64,000 nucleotides of DNA from Synechococcus sp. (GCA_047285535.1 JBJBDC010000001.1:576136-640135); one strand, 5' to 3'. Numbered from the stretch's first letter, positions 52,297-63,206 are shown. Notes: generated by a model not told the origin, from the sequence alone. Made by a program: numbers and translations.

Positions 52297-53907
52297 ATGG
52301 ATCAGATCTTTGATTCCATACCTGAAGCCCTAAGCGCTATCCGCAATGGAGAGTGTGTTGTTGTGGTCGATGATGAACGCCGTGAAAATGAAGGTGATCT
52401 GATTTGCGCATCGCAGTTTGCGACCCCTGAACAGATCAATTTCATGGCCACAGAGGCACGAGGGTTGATCTGTCTTGCCCTCGAGGGAGATCGGCTCGAT
52501 GCCCTCGATCTCCCTTTGATGGTTGATCGCAACACAGATGAAAACCAAACGGCTTTCACGGTGAGCATTGATGCTGGGCCTGAGCATGGAGTTTCAACAG
52601 GTATTTCTGCAGAAGATCGATCTCGGACCATTCAGGTTGTTCTTCAATCCGATGCGAGGCCCTCAGACTTGAGACGTCCAGGGCATGTGTTTCCACTCAG
52701 AGCCCGGTCCGGAGGAGTTCTTAAACGTGCAGGACATACCGAAGCGGCTGTTGATCTCGCCCAGCTCGCCGGGCTTATCCCATCAGGAGTGATCTGTGAA
52801 ATTCAGAATGCCGATGGCTCGATGGCCCGCCTACCAGAACTTCAGGACTACGCAAAACGCTTTGGCCTGCGTCTCATCAGCATTGCCGACCTCATCAGCT
52901 ACAGACTCCAGAACGAACGTTTTGTTCGGAGGCATGCGCATGCCGAGATGCCCAGTCAATACGGTCGTTTCCAAGCGATTGGCTTTCGTAATGAACTGGA
53001 CAACAGCGAGCATGTCGCTCTTGTGAAGGGTATCCCCGGACAATTGCAGGAACCTGTCCTGGTTCGCATGCATTCTGAGTGCCTCACAGGTGATGCTTTC
53101 GGCTCCCTTCGCTGCGACTGCGGTCCACAGCTAGAGGCTGCGTTGAGGCAAATTGAACAAGAGGGCGAAGGTGTTGTTGTTTATTTGAAACAGGAGGGAA
53201 GAGGCATCGGTCTGATCAACAAGTTGAAAGCATATAGCCTGCAAGATGGTGGTTTAGATACCGTTGAAGCGAATGAAAAGCTTGGATTTGGGGCTGATTT
53301 ACGAAACTACGGAGTTGGTGCTCAGATTCTTGGAGACCTAGGAATTCACCGACTGCGCCTGTTAACCAATAACCCGCGCAAGATTGCAGGTCTTGGTGGT
53401 TATGGCCTTGAAGTAGTCAGTAGGATCCCTTTAATCATCAACCCGAGTAATCACAATGCTGATTACTTAGCAACAAAACGGGACAAAATGGGGCATTTGA
53501 TTCATAAGCAGAGCTCTGATGATATTGTTACATTGGCTTGGGATTGTGGAGAAGAGCTAAGTGCAAACCTTCCAGATCTTCTTGGTAAAGCAGAAAAATC
53601 AGCATCTGAGCTAGGCCTCTCACTTCAACCGGAACAAACACCAAGACTCCTGGCCCTATGGGAACGTCCTCAGTTCGTCTGGACCCTTGCTGGAAATCCT
53701 TCTGCCATCAACTCGTTCCTCAAAACTCTGGCGTCTTGGAGTGAAACAAAACGACTTGGATTATTGAAGACTGAGAAGGCAGAACAGCGTTTACATCCTT
53801 CTTTACTACTCAATCGAGAGGACAAGAATCTGATAGATCTTCTTCGAAATGATTCGATTGGCTGGTCAGTTCAAGCTAACCAGCCAATCCTGATTCATTG
53901 GTCTTGA
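52297..53907 (+). CDS. ribBA: bifunctional DHBP synthase / GTP cyclohydrolase II
   Basis: DDERRENEGD, RPGHVFPL, RAGHTEA, VRMHSECLTGD..SLRCDCG, EGRGIG, LLTNNP. Confidence 0.97.
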   Translation: MDQIFDSIPEALSAIRNGECVVVVDDERRENEGDLICASQFATPEQINFMATEARGLICLALEGDRLDALDLPLMVDRNTDENQTAFTVSIDAGPEHGVSTGISAEDRSRTIQVVLQSDARPSDLRRPGHVFPLRARSGGVLKRAGHTEAAVDLAQLAGLIPSGVICEIQNADGSMARLPELQDYAKRFGLRLISIADLISYRLQNERFVRRHAHAEMPSQYGRFQAIGFRNELDNSEHVALVKGIPGQLQEPVLVRMHSECLTGDAFGSLRCDCGPQLEAALRQIEQEGEGVVVYLKQEGRGIGLINKLKAYSLQDGGLDTVEANEKLGFGADLRNYGVGAQILGDLGIHRLRLLTNNPRKIAGLGGYGLEVVSRIPLIINPSNHNADYLATKRDKMGHLIHKQSSDDIVTLAWDCGEELSANLPDLLGKAEKSASELGLSLQPEQTPRLLALWERPQFVWTLAGNPSAINSFLKTLASWSETKRLGLLKTEKAEQRLHPSLLLNREDKNLIDLLRNDSIGWSVQANQPILIHWS

Positions 53908-53910
53908 TGA

Positions 53911-54351
53911 TCAGTCGGTAACCGTAACAGATTCAATTCGACTGCCATTTTTCAACGCTAAGACCACATCCATGTCAGTTGTTTGCCCAAAAACTGTGTG
54001 AACTCCATCAAGATGAGGCTGGGCTTCATGAACAATGAAGAATTGGCTACCGCCAGTATTTGGGCCAGCATGAGCCATAGACAGTATTCCAGGCGCATGC
54101 TTTCTACTATTGATTTCGCAATCAATTGTGTATCCAGGCCCGCCTGTTCCTGGCATCCCTTTCGCCCCTTCACGACTGTTAGGACAGCCTCCCTGGGCCA
54201 TGAAACCATCAATAACGCGGTGAAAGGCAAGCCCGTCGTAGAAGCCTTCACGAGCGAGCTTCACAAAATTTGCGACGGTGTTCGGCGCATCTTGATCGAA
54301 CATTTCCAGCTTGATCTGACCGGCATCCGTCTTCATCAGGACTGTCGTCAA
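53911..54351 (-). CDS. cyclophilin-type peptidyl-prolyl isomerase
   Basis: [42 protein letters not shown]. Confidence 0.95.
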   Translation of the reverse strand: MTTVLMKTDAGQIKLEMFDQDAPNTVANFVKLAREGFYDGLAFHRVIDGFMAQGGCPNSREGAKGMPGTGGPGYTIDCEINSRKHAPGILSMAHAGPNTGGSQFFIVHEAQPHLDGVHTVFGQTTDMDVVLALKNGSRIESVTVTD

Positions 54352-54421
54352 GGCACCAATGGCAAAGGTCAATCTTAGGCAAGCGAGCAGGATGGATCGC
54401 AAAGTCTCTCATTTTGAAAGC

Positions 54422-55330
54422 ATGAGCACAGATCCTTCTTCTCTCCACACAGCGCGAGTAGGCGTTATCGGGGGCAGCGGCTTGTATTCGATCGAAGGGC
54501 TCGAGACTGTTGAGGAGGTGACCTTGGATACGCCATTTGGCCCCCCTTCTGATTGTCTCCGAGTTGGACAACTCAATGGTGTTGATGTGGTCTTTCTTGC
54601 CCGTCATGGACGTTCACATCACTTACTTCCAAGTGAAGTGCCCTATCGGGCAAACCTATGGGCCATGAGGTCATTAGGAGTGCGCTGGTTGATTTCACTC
54701 TCAGCGGTGGGGTCACTTCAAGAACATCTGCGACCTCGAGACATGGTGGTTCCCGATCAATTCATCGACAGAACCACGCAACGGCCACAATCATTCTTCG
54801 GACAAGGGTGCGTCGCTCACGTCAGTCTTGCCGAGCCGTTCTGTAAAAATTTGAGTGATCTTTTGGCAGCAGCAGCTCTCGGTGCGATGCCAACTGGACA
54901 TCAACTTCACCGAGGTGGCACCTACCTCTGTATGGAAGGTCCTGCCTTTTCTACTAAAGCTGAAAGTGAACTGTATAGAACCTGGGGTTGTGACGTCATC
55001 GGGATGACGAATCACACTGAAGCCCGCTTAGCTCGAGAAGCTGAAATTGCCTACGCCTCACTCAGCATGGTCACTGATTTTGACTGCTGGCACTCGGATC
55101 ATGATGCCGTCACCGTTGAAATGATCATTGGTAATCTCAAAGCCAATGCAACGGCCACAGCACCAATCCTTTTTTCCTTAATGGAGAAACTACGCTGTGA
55201 AAGGCCCTCATCGTCTGCTCATAGCGCCCTGAAAGACGCCCTGATGACCCCAAAAGAAGCTGTTCCTGAAGAAACAAGAAAACGCCTTGATCTATTGACC
55301 AGTGCCTACTGGGGCCCAGCCGAGGGATGA
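54422..55330 (+). CDS. mtnP: S-methyl-5'-thioadenosine phosphorylase
   Basis: GVIGGSG, FLARHG, SAVGSL, EGPAFST.AES, IGMT, VTDFDCW. Confidence 0.95.
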   Translation: MSTDPSSLHTARVGVIGGSGLYSIEGLETVEEVTLDTPFGPPSDCLRVGQLNGVDVVFLARHGRSHHLLPSEVPYRANLWAMRSLGVRWLISLSAVGSLQEHLRPRDMVVPDQFIDRTTQRPQSFFGQGCVAHVSLAEPFCKNLSDLLAAAALGAMPTGHQLHRGGTYLCMEGPAFSTKAESELYRTWGCDVIGMTNHTEARLAREAEIAYASLSMVTDFDCWHSDHDAVTVEMIIGNLKANATATAPILFSLMEKLRCERPSSSAHSALKDALMTPKEAVPEETRKRLDLLTSAYWGPAEG

Positions 55331-55331
55331 A

Positions 55332-56267
55332 TCAATCACGCGCGGCATCCAGCTGGATGCCGCGCGCCAAAAGCGCGTCACGTAGGTTGTCCTCATGCTT
55401 TTGAAGCAGGGTTTGAGCTTCTCTTAATTCCATGGATCCTGCTGCCATGAGCAGTGCACATTTCACTGATCCGTGAGCCTGTCTCAGCAGTGGGAGTCCT
55501 TTCTCTCGTGATAATCCAATCATATCAGAAAGGATTCTCAGTGATCGATCAACAAGCTTGCTATTGCTAGCTGCTACATCAACCATCCGGTTGCCATACA
55601 CCTTTCCCAATTTGACCATCACTCCAGTCGAAATGATATTAAGAGCCATTTTTGTTGCTGTTCCAGCTTTCAAACGGGTGGAACCTGTCAATAATTCAGG
55701 CCCAGTGATCAAGCGGATGTTGATATGGCAAGGCATGGGCACTTGTTCTGTTGGAACGCATGCCATTGCAATGGCCAAAGCATTGATGTCCTTCGCAAAT
55801 TGGAGCGCACCACGTACATATGGGGTGGTCCCGCCAGCTGCAATCCCTACCAGGCAGTCATTCTTGCCGAATTGATGCTGTTTGAGATCATCCACTCCCG
55901 CAGACTCGAGATCTTCAAGCCCCTCAGAACTGCGAAGAAGAGCTGGCGCGCCCCCAGCCAGTACCCCTTGCACAAGCTCTGGAGGGCTGCAAAAGGTTGG
56001 CGGACATTCAGCTGCATCCAAGACACCAAGGCGTCCTGATGTTCCTGCACCAATGTAAAAAAGTCGTCCGCCTTGGCTCAAACGCAAAGCCACCGCATCA
56101 ACGGCTTCCGCTAGAGCTTCAGAAGCACCCTCCAAAGCTTGTTGGGGTTTTCGGTCCTCTTCAATGAAGAGGTGCACCAAATCTGAAGTCGACAACACAT
56201 CCAATTCAGTGCTGCGTGGATTCGACTGCTCTGTCGTGAGAAACCCTCGATCCTCTGAAGGTTTCAC
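55332..56267 (-). CDS. murQ: N-acetylmuramic acid 6-phosphate etherase
   Basis: TEQSNP, GAGTSGRLG.LDAAECPPTF, GPELLTGSTRLKAGTATK. Confidence 0.96.
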   Translation of the reverse strand: MKPSEDRGFLTTEQSNPRSTELDVLSTSDLVHLFIEEDRKPQQALEGASEALAEAVDAVALRLSQGGRLFYIGAGTSGRLGVLDAAECPPTFCSPPELVQGVLAGGAPALLRSSEGLEDLESAGVDDLKQHQFGKNDCLVGIAAGGTTPYVRGALQFAKDINALAIAMACVPTEQVPMPCHINIRLITGPELLTGSTRLKAGTATKMALNIISTGVMVKLGKVYGNRMVDVAASNSKLVDRSLRILSDMIGLSREKGLPLLRQAHGSVKCALLMAAGSMELREAQTLLQKHEDNLRDALLARGIQLDAARD

Positions 56268-56665
56268 AGCAAACCCTCCAAGCGTCGTCGCACATCATCG
56301 AGACCATCACTCACCTCTTGGGACTGAACGTCATCGATCGGTTGATCCTCCATTTGCCAGTTACTAACATCTCGATTCGAACTGGGTGGAGCCAGCATCA
56401 AGCGTTCGTCATCAGTTGTCGGAACAAAGCCATTCTCCACGAGTCGAGCTTCGTAACCGGCTTCTTTGCAGAAGAGTTCCACCTCATGTTGATCGAGAGC
56501 TACGACGGTTGGGGTTGGAAAATCCTGTGCTTCCAACAGGCCTGCATAACGTTCTGCATCGTCGCAGTTTTCAAACATCAAAACCACGGTCTGACCAGAG
56601 AGTTCAAGGGAATGAATGCCCTCACTGTCCTGACCGGCGTCATAAAGAAGGACGTGAACAAGCAT
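56264..56665 (-). CDS. DUF3110-like protein
   Basis: VLLYDAG..SEGIHSL, DDAERYAGLLEAQDF, RRRLEGLL. Confidence 0.85.
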   Translation of the reverse strand: MLVHVLLYDAGQDSEGIHSLELSGQTVVLMFENCDDAERYAGLLEAQDFPTPTVVALDQHEVELFCKEAGYEARLVENGFVPTTDDERLMLAPPSSNRDVSNWQMEDQPIDDVQSQEVSDGLDDVRRRLEGLL

Positions 56666-56709
56666 GAGGTGTGTGACGTCAGTTTCAGTCTCTCATCGCA
56701 AGTCCTGGT

Positions 56710-57618
56710 TTAGAGACGCCCCTGATCCAAGCTCAATTCCTGAAGTCGTTGATAAAGAGCCTGTTCATCATCATTCAGATGAGCAGGAATGACGATGACC
56801 ACTTCCACGAGTTGATCACCTTGTTTGTCGTCCCAGGCGAGACCACGTTGGCGAAGTCGTAACAACCGGCCGCTGGAAGAACCAGGAGGAACTTGAAGGG
56901 TGACGGAACCCGACAACGTTGGTACATCGACAGCGCACCCCAGTGCTGCATCGGGTGGGAATAGCTCTAGGCGGTAATGAACTCGCAATCCATCTATGCG
57001 AAGCCCATCTTCAGTCACCACTTGAAGATGTAAAAAATGATCGCGACCGCCGGGCGCCACACCCTCCAGCCGAAGTCTCCAGCCGTCTCCTGCAAAAGGA
57101 GGTGTATCCAGCTCAATGACAGTGCCATCTGAAAGTTCGAGGTTCACTGTTGTGCCGTGCAGCGCTTGATCGGGGGTCAGTGAAACTGTGGTCTCAAGAT
57201 TTTCTTGCGAGCGAATCGGAGGAGGTGGTTGAGGCGATGCCGTAGGTCTGCGCTCGGGTGGCTCATGAGGATCATCATCTAGGGGATGGGATCCTGGAGG
57301 CTCCTGACGCGTATCTATCCCAAGAACAACGGCCAGATACTCCTCAAAGTCTGGAAAACCTGATGCAAAAGGGTCTTGAGTACTGGATTGGCCGTTGCGA
57401 CGTTGTTCCCAGGCGATCCGCTTGTTGTGATCACTCAGGACGGCATAGGCCTCATTGACGAGCTTGAAACGTTCCTCTGCCTGGCGATCATTACCATTGA
57501 GATCGGGGTGCCAACGCCTGGCTTCCCGCCTAAAGGCACTCTTCAGTGATTCCCCATCACTGCCAGGATCTAGGCCAAGGAGTGCCCAATAGTCGGGATC
57601 AGCGATAGAAGTCATCAT
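56710..57618 (-). CDS. dnaJ: DnaJ family co-chaperone (J domain plus C-terminal domain)
   Basis: DYWALLG..RRWHPDLN..FKLVNEAY, C-terminal VPTLSG..LRLRQRG; coupled to dnaK. Confidence 0.9.
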   Translation of the reverse strand: MMTSIADPDYWALLGLDPGSDGESLKSAFRREARRWHPDLNGNDRQAEERFKLVNEAYAVLSDHNKRIAWEQRRNGQSSTQDPFASGFPDFEEYLAVVLGIDTRQEPPGSHPLDDDPHEPPERRPTASPQPPPPIRSQENLETTVSLTPDQALHGTTVNLELSDGTVIELDTPPFAGDGWRLRLEGVAPGGRDHFLHLQVVTEDGLRIDGLRVHYRLELFPPDAALGCAVDVPTLSGSVTLQVPPGSSSGRLLRLRQRGLAWDDKQGDQLVEVVIVIPAHLNDDEQALYQRLQELSLDQGRL

Positions 57619-59593
57619 CCCAGGGATCCATTCCTCGACGTCCCGTTCTCATGCGTTCATCAGAACGACTAGGTCCTGTGGACCAAGGGTCATCATCCCA
57701 ATCATCGTCTGCGAATAGTTCATCCTTCAGCGTCCCGAGTGTGCTGCGAATCCCCTGTAATGGGCCCCCCTCGCTAGTTCGTTCTGCGGAGAGTCGTCGA
57801 TTTAATCCAAAAAGGGCTTCTTGCAGGCCACTCACGCCAAGCTCCAATTGCTGTGGGTTGTCTTGCTCAAGAAAATCTTGGACATCGCGCATTGCCATCT
57901 CTACCGCTCTCTGTTGCCGTTCAGCGCCGTATGGACCGAGCTCAAGGGCAGCATCGCGTAATCGTCTCTCAGCTTGAGCGACCAAGGTGAGGGCTGCGTT
58001 GCGACGCTCGATCGCGGCCCGACGCCGTCGGTCGTCATCAGAACGAGCTTCCGCTTCCGCAAGAAGGGCTTGTAGTTCCTCTTCATTGAGATTAGAGCCA
58101 CCTTGGATCGCAACGGATTGCTTTCGTCCCGTTGTGCGATCTGTTGCACTGACTTGCAAGATTCCATTGGCATCAATGTCAAATGCAACCTGAATCTGAG
58201 GTACACCTCGGGGAGCAGGAGGAATACCTGATAAGCGAAAGCGTCCCAAAGACTTGTTGTCTTGAGCCATTTGACGCTCACCTTGCCAAACGTGTATTTC
58301 CACGGACGACTGATTAGCACCTGAGGTGCTGAACACATCGGATTGACGCACAGGTATGGGCGTATTTCTAGGAATTAAAACTTTCATCAGACCACCAACA
58401 GTCTCTAATCCAAGAGACAGTGGTGTGACGTCATTGAGCAGCAGGTCTCTCAACTCACCAGTGATGATTCCAGCTTGGACCGCTGCCCCAACAGCAACAA
58501 CCTCATCAGGGTTAACTGATTGACAGGGATCATGAGGAATCAATGTTCTCACAAGTTGCATCACCATTGGCATCCTGGTGCTACCACCAACAAGAACAAC
58601 ATCGTCGATGTCCTCAGCGAGCCATCCTGAATCCCGCAGAGCAGCCTGTACAGGTGTCAACAGTCGGTCCAGTAAGTCTGGGCAGAGACTCTCAAATGTT
58701 TTGCGATCAAGAGTGGTTTCAATATGAAGAGGTCCTTCCTGACCAGTTGCAATAAAAGGAAGTGAAATAGGGGTCGTAGACACTCCCGATAATTCTTGTT
58801 TGGCTTTTTCAGCGGCTTCAGTTAATCGTTGAAGGGCTTGACGATCTCTACGGAGATCAATCTCATGCTGTTTGAGGAATGTCTCAGCGAGCCAATCCAC
58901 AATGCGTTGATCAAAGTCATTTCCACCGAGTTGAGTATCACCGTTAGTGGCCTTTACATCAAAGACACCATTGGCAATCCGCAAAAGGGAGACGTCAAAG
59001 GTTCCTCCACCGAGATCAAAAACGAGGACACGACGAACTGCACTACGGTCAAAACCATAGGCAAGAGCCGCTGCAGTCGGCTCATTCAGGATGCGTTCAA
59101 TCGATAAGCCTGCTAGTCGGCCAGCGTCTCGGGTGGATTGACGTTGAGCGTCATTGAAATAGGCAGGAACCGTGAGGACTGCGGTATCAACTGATTCACC
59201 TAAGTAGGTACTGGCATCATCGACAAGCTTGCGCAGGATGCTGGACACCAGTTCTTCGGGGGCATACTCCCTTTCTGTCTGAGGACAAGCTACTCGGACA
59301 TTTCCCTGGTGATTTGCTCTGACCGTATAAGGAACTGTCAGTGTGCTGTCGTCCAGTTCGTCCCAATCCCGACCTACAAATCGCTTGAGATTTGAAAAGG
59401 TGTTGCGTGGATTGAGAACCAATTGACGACGTGCAGGCTGCCCAACCAACAGCTCTTCATCTTTGGTGTATCCAACGACAGATGGAGTCGTCCTCGTACC
59501 TTCGGCATTGGCAATCACTACCGGCCGACCAGCTTCAAGCACGGCCACTACAGAGTTAGTAGTACCTAGGTCGATTCCGACGATCCGGCCCAT
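57599..59593 (-). CDS. dnaK: molecular chaperone DnaK (paralog with acidic Trp-rich tail)
   Basis: GIDLGTTNS, TVPAYFND, NEPTAAALAYG, DLGGGTFDVS; tail DDDWDDDPW...DPWDDDFY. Confidence 0.98.
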   Translation of the reverse strand: MGRIVGIDLGTTNSVVAVLEAGRPVVIANAEGTRTTPSVVGYTKDEELLVGQPARRQLVLNPRNTFSNLKRFVGRDWDELDDSTLTVPYTVRANHQGNVRVACPQTEREYAPEELVSSILRKLVDDASTYLGESVDTAVLTVPAYFNDAQRQSTRDAGRLAGLSIERILNEPTAAALAYGFDRSAVRRVLVFDLGGGTFDVSLLRIANGVFDVKATNGDTQLGGNDFDQRIVDWLAETFLKQHEIDLRRDRQALQRLTEAAEKAKQELSGVSTTPISLPFIATGQEGPLHIETTLDRKTFESLCPDLLDRLLTPVQAALRDSGWLAEDIDDVVLVGGSTRMPMVMQLVRTLIPHDPCQSVNPDEVVAVGAAVQAGIITGELRDLLLNDVTPLSLGLETVGGLMKVLIPRNTPIPVRQSDVFSTSGANQSSVEIHVWQGERQMAQDNKSLGRFRLSGIPPAPRGVPQIQVAFDIDANGILQVSATDRTTGRKQSVAIQGGSNLNEEELQALLAEAEARSDDDRRRRAAIERRNAALTLVAQAERRLRDAALELGPYGAERQQRAVEMAMRDVQDFLEQDNPQQLELGVSGLQEALFGLNRRLSAERTSEGGPLQGIRSTLGTLKDELFADDDWDDDPWSTGPSRSDERMRTGRRGMDPWDDDFYR

Positions 59594-59734
59594 AACCTCG
59601 CTTTTGGTGACTCCAAGCTAACGGTCCAGCCCCCTGGAACCAACCACCTCATAGGGAGTTTTGCTCAAGTATCAAAACAATCAGAGGTCTGTGCAGCTGA
59701 GGGGCTAGATTTTGAGTGTTGGTTATTCAACAAC

Positions 59735-60682
59735 ATGTCAATTCAGAAGAGTTCATTTCTTCTCCGACATAGGCCAGCATCAGAGAAGTTCGTCGATGTA
59801 AGTTTCAAAAACATAGTGGTATTGATGGCTTCCATGGTTGCCGTGATACTTATCGGCATCTTTCTCGTAGTTTTATGGGGTTCTCTTGAATCTATGGGGA
59901 GGTACGGACTGAGATTCCTAGTGACCTCTGATTGGAACCCTGTTAAAGACGAATACGGTGCTTTTACAGCAATCTATGGAACCCTGGTTACCTCCTTACT
60001 AGCCTTATTCATTGCCGTCCCTCTGGGTGTAGGAACAGCGATTTTTATTACAGAAAACATAATCCCAAAAAGGATTAGGGGAGCTATCGGATTCATGATT
60101 GAATTATTGGCAGCCATACCTTCTGTTGTTTTGGGATTGTGGGCAATATTTATTTTAGAACCCTTTATTCGACCCTTCCTATTGTTTTTACATAATCATT
60201 TTGGATGGATACCTATCTTCAATACAGAACCACTAGGCCCAGGAATCGCCCCTGCGATTCTAATTTTAGTTGTCATGATTTTACCTATCATAACCGCCAT
60301 AACACGTGACTGCCTAAATCAAGTACCTATTAAACTTCGTCAAGCAGCCTATGGCGTTGGCACAACAAGATGGGGAGCCATTATCCACGTCATTCTTCCC
60401 GCTGCATTCTCTGGCATTACTGGCGGAGTCATGCTTGCCCTTGGAAGAGCCATGGGAGAAACCATGGCAGTGACAATGATTATTGGTAATTCAAATGTTT
60501 TTAGCTGGTCACTACTTGCTCCAGGTAACACTATCTCAGCAATGATTGCAAATCAGTTTGGTGAAGCCGATGTTGGGCAACTATCGTCTCTTATGTACGC
60601 AGCATTTGTCTTAATGATACTGACATTAATTGTCAATATCATTGCCCAGTTGTTTGTCAAACGGATGAGCCTAAAGTACTAA
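59735..60682 (+). CDS. pstC: phosphate ABC transporter permease PstC
   Basis: ELLAAIPSVVLGLW, ALGRAMGETMAV. Confidence 0.97.
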   Translation: MSIQKSSFLLRHRPASEKFVDVSFKNIVVLMASMVAVILIGIFLVVLWGSLESMGRYGLRFLVTSDWNPVKDEYGAFTAIYGTLVTSLLALFIAVPLGVGTAIFITENIIPKRIRGAIGFMIELLAAIPSVVLGLWAIFILEPFIRPFLLFLHNHFGWIPIFNTEPLGPGIAPAILILVVMILPIITAITRDCLNQVPIKLRQAAYGVGTTRWGAIIHVILPAAFSGITGGVMLALGRAMGETMAVTMIIGNSNVFSWSLLAPGNTISAMIANQFGEADVGQLSSLMYAAFVLMILTLIVNIIAQLFVKRMSLKY

Positions 60683-60683
60683 A

Positions 60684-61586
60684 ATGACATATACAACTAT
60701 TTCCAGATCATCCCAAGGAGTTCCAGATCTCAACTACAAGAGCTGGAGACAAAGGAACATCTCGAGCCGCTTGCTCTCCTTGATATCAGGTCTATTTGCA
60801 TTGGTCTCAGTTGTCCCACTGCTAGCAGTTCTGTCTTATATTTTATACAAAGGCTTTGATCGTATTGACCTGGCTCTGTTCACACACCTTCCACCGCCTC
60901 CGGGGCTGGAAGGTGGTGGCATTGGAAATGCAATTATTGGTAGCATTGTTGTTACTATTTTAGGCGCTTTAATTGCTGTTCCGGTTGGCGTTGGTGGTGG
61001 TATTTACTTAGCTGAATACTCAACTGCTCGTGGCTTTTCCAGATTAATCCGATTTGGATCGAATGTACTTGCCGGGGTCCCATCAGTTATTGCTGGTGTC
61101 TTTGTCTATGGAGTGATCGTCTCAACACGGTTACTTTTTGGCCAAACGTTTAGCGCTGTAGCGGGTGGAGTCGCACTTTCTATATTGATGTTACCAACAA
61201 TTATTAAAACGACTGATGAAGGTCTGAAATTGGTTTCAGATGACCTCAGGAGAGCGGCATTGGGCGTGGGTGCATCAAAATTTGTCAGCGTGACTCAGAT
61301 AACACTCCCCAAAGCCTTTGCTCCCATTGTCACTGGAATCGTATTATCGATTGCGAGGGCCGCTGGTGAAACAGCACCTTTGATCTTCACTGCACTGTTT
61401 TCCCCATTCTGGCCAAGAGGAATACTTGAGCCGATTGCAACTTTATCTGTTTTAATCTATAATTTTTCATCATTACCTTATGAAGCTCAAATTGAGCTTG
61501 CCTGGTCCGCATCATTCATTCTTGTTGCCTTTATACTAATAACGAATATAGGTGCAAGATGGCTGACAAAATCATTCAAAGAGTGA
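60684..61586 (+). CDS. pstA: phosphate ABC transporter permease PstA
   Basis: GGIGNAIIGS, YLAEY, LAGVPS, ARAAGETAPL. Confidence 0.97.
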   Translation: MTYTTISRSSQGVPDLNYKSWRQRNISSRLLSLISGLFALVSVVPLLAVLSYILYKGFDRIDLALFTHLPPPPGLEGGGIGNAIIGSIVVTILGALIAVPVGVGGGIYLAEYSTARGFSRLIRFGSNVLAGVPSVIAGVFVYGVIVSTRLLFGQTFSAVAGGVALSILMLPTIIKTTDEGLKLVSDDLRRAALGVGASKFVSVTQITLPKAFAPIVTGIVLSIARAAGETAPLIFTALFSPFWPRGILEPIATLSVLIYNFSSLPYEAQIELAWSASFILVAFILITNIGARWLTKSFKE

Positions 61587-61649
61587 CAATAACAAACCCA
61601 TGACTACACATTTTGCATTTAATCAAATCATTCTCCACGAGACATCAAA

Positions 61650-62468
61650 GTGACAATCTCATCACCCAAGGCCCCAGAGGATCCCTTGCAAGACATTTGC
61701 ATTTCAATACGAAACGCAACAATTAGTTATGGCGGTTTTGAAGCTGTTAAAAATATTTATTGTGACATCCCAAGAGGAAAAGTTACCGCATTAATTGGCC
61801 CTTCAGGTTGTGGCAAGTCAACGATACTACGTGCTTTAAACCGTATGAACGATTTAATTGATGGTTGTACACTCAAAGGAAGTATTTTATTTGACGGGGT
61901 TGATTTATATGGACCAAAAGTAGATCCTGTAGAAGTGCGTCGAAGAATAGGTATGGTTTTCCAACAACCAAATCCATTTCCTAAGAGCATCTATGAAAAT
62001 ATAGCTTTTGGTGCACGAATCAATGGATATAACGGTGATATGGATGCATTGGTAGAGCAGTCATTGCGTCAAGCTGCTATCTGGGATGAATGCAAAGATA
62101 AGCTAAAACAAAGTGGAAATTCACTCTCAGGTGGACAACAACAACGGCTTTGTATCGCACGTACGATCGCCATTCAGCCAGAGGTCATTCTGATGGACGA
62201 ACCATGCTCAGCCCTCGATCCAATCTCAACTTTAAAAATTGAGGAAACGATGCACGAGCTTAAAAAGCGATTCACTATTGTCATCGTCACTCACAATATG
62301 CAGCAGGCTGTTCGTGTTAGTGACATGACTGCCTTCTTCAATGCAGAAGCGGTTCAAGGCGGATCAGGGAAAGTCGGTTACCTTGTTGAATACAATGACA
62401 CAGACAGGATTTTCAATTCACCTTTGCAGCAAGCAACAAAGGATTACGTCTCCGGGCGTTTTGGATGA
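61650..62468 (+). CDS. pstB: phosphate ABC transporter ATP-binding protein PstB
   Basis: [40 protein letters not shown]. Confidence 0.98.
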   Translation: MTISSPKAPEDPLQDICISIRNATISYGGFEAVKNIYCDIPRGKVTALIGPSGCGKSTILRALNRMNDLIDGCTLKGSILFDGVDLYGPKVDPVEVRRRIGMVFQQPNPFPKSIYENIAFGARINGYNGDMDALVEQSLRQAAIWDECKDKLKQSGNSLSGGQQQRLCIARTIAIQPEVILMDEPCSALDPISTLKIEETMHELKKRFTIVIVTHNMQQAVRVSDMTAFFNAEAVQGGSGKVGYLVEYNDTDRIFNSPLQQATKDYVSGRFG

Positions 62469-62471
62469 TTA

Positions 62472-62506
62472 CCCTAGTCCCTAGTCCCTAGTCCCTAGTC
62501 CCTAGT
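62472..62506 (+). repeat. heptamer tandem repeat (CCCTAGT)x5
   Basis: Five perfect copies beginning 3 nt after the pstB stop. Confidence 0.97.
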
Positions 62507-63082
62507 CTCACAGAGAAACGTAAAGAGTGACGATGTCATTGATCAATAGTAAACAGTGAACTCTATTAATGAAGTGGTCCATATCCAAGCCATGAATAAC
62601 AAGAATAGACTCAATTATTTGCGTCTCGTAAATGATAAGCCCAGTATTAGAGTGCTGTCATTGTCTTCGCTATTGCAATAGTGTTAGAGCTGTTGTTCTG
62701 TTGTATATCAATAGCGATTCAAAGTCATCAGCCATGCTGCTGTCAATAATATTTTTTCAGTTTTGCCTACTAATACAAGAAAGCGCAGCTTCCAGCCAAA
62801 TTAAAAGATGATTGCTTTTAGCCCTTCTTGATGAATAACTTATGCTATCAATAGAGAGGCAATAGAGTCCATTTCGGAAAATAGGAATCTGAAATCTTAT
62901 TATTTAATTCTCTGGTGTTGTTATAGTTCATTGTCTTCGGAAAGAATAAATCGCAAATCAAAAGGATGGATTCCCTCATTTGATAGGAGAATTATTTTTT
63001 TCAACTTATGGAGACAATATGATTTTTGATTTGAATAGCAGGTGAACACGTGTGTCCCAATCCTTGATCAATCATTGGGATT

Positions 63083-63109
63083 AAAAAACCCCTCATTGGC
63101 GAGGGGTTT
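63083..63109 (-). terminator. rho-independent terminator downstream of tRNA-Ser
   Basis: AAACCCCTC-attggc-GAGGGGTTT hairpin; T-run follows on the minus strand. Confidence 0.8.
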
Positions 63110-63119
63110 GTGGCTGGAA

Positions 63120-63206
63120 CGGAGAGGGAGGGATTCGAACCCTCGATAGAGTTGCCCCTATACAGCATTTCCAGTGCTGCGCCTTCGACCACTCGGCCAC
63201 CTCTCC
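63120..63206 (-). tRNA. tRNA-Ser (anticodon GGA)
   Basis: GGAGAGG acceptor stem, D arm GAGTGGTCGAAGGC, anticodon loop CT-GGA-AA, long variable arm, GGTTCGAATCC T loop; CCA not encoded. Confidence 0.97.
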
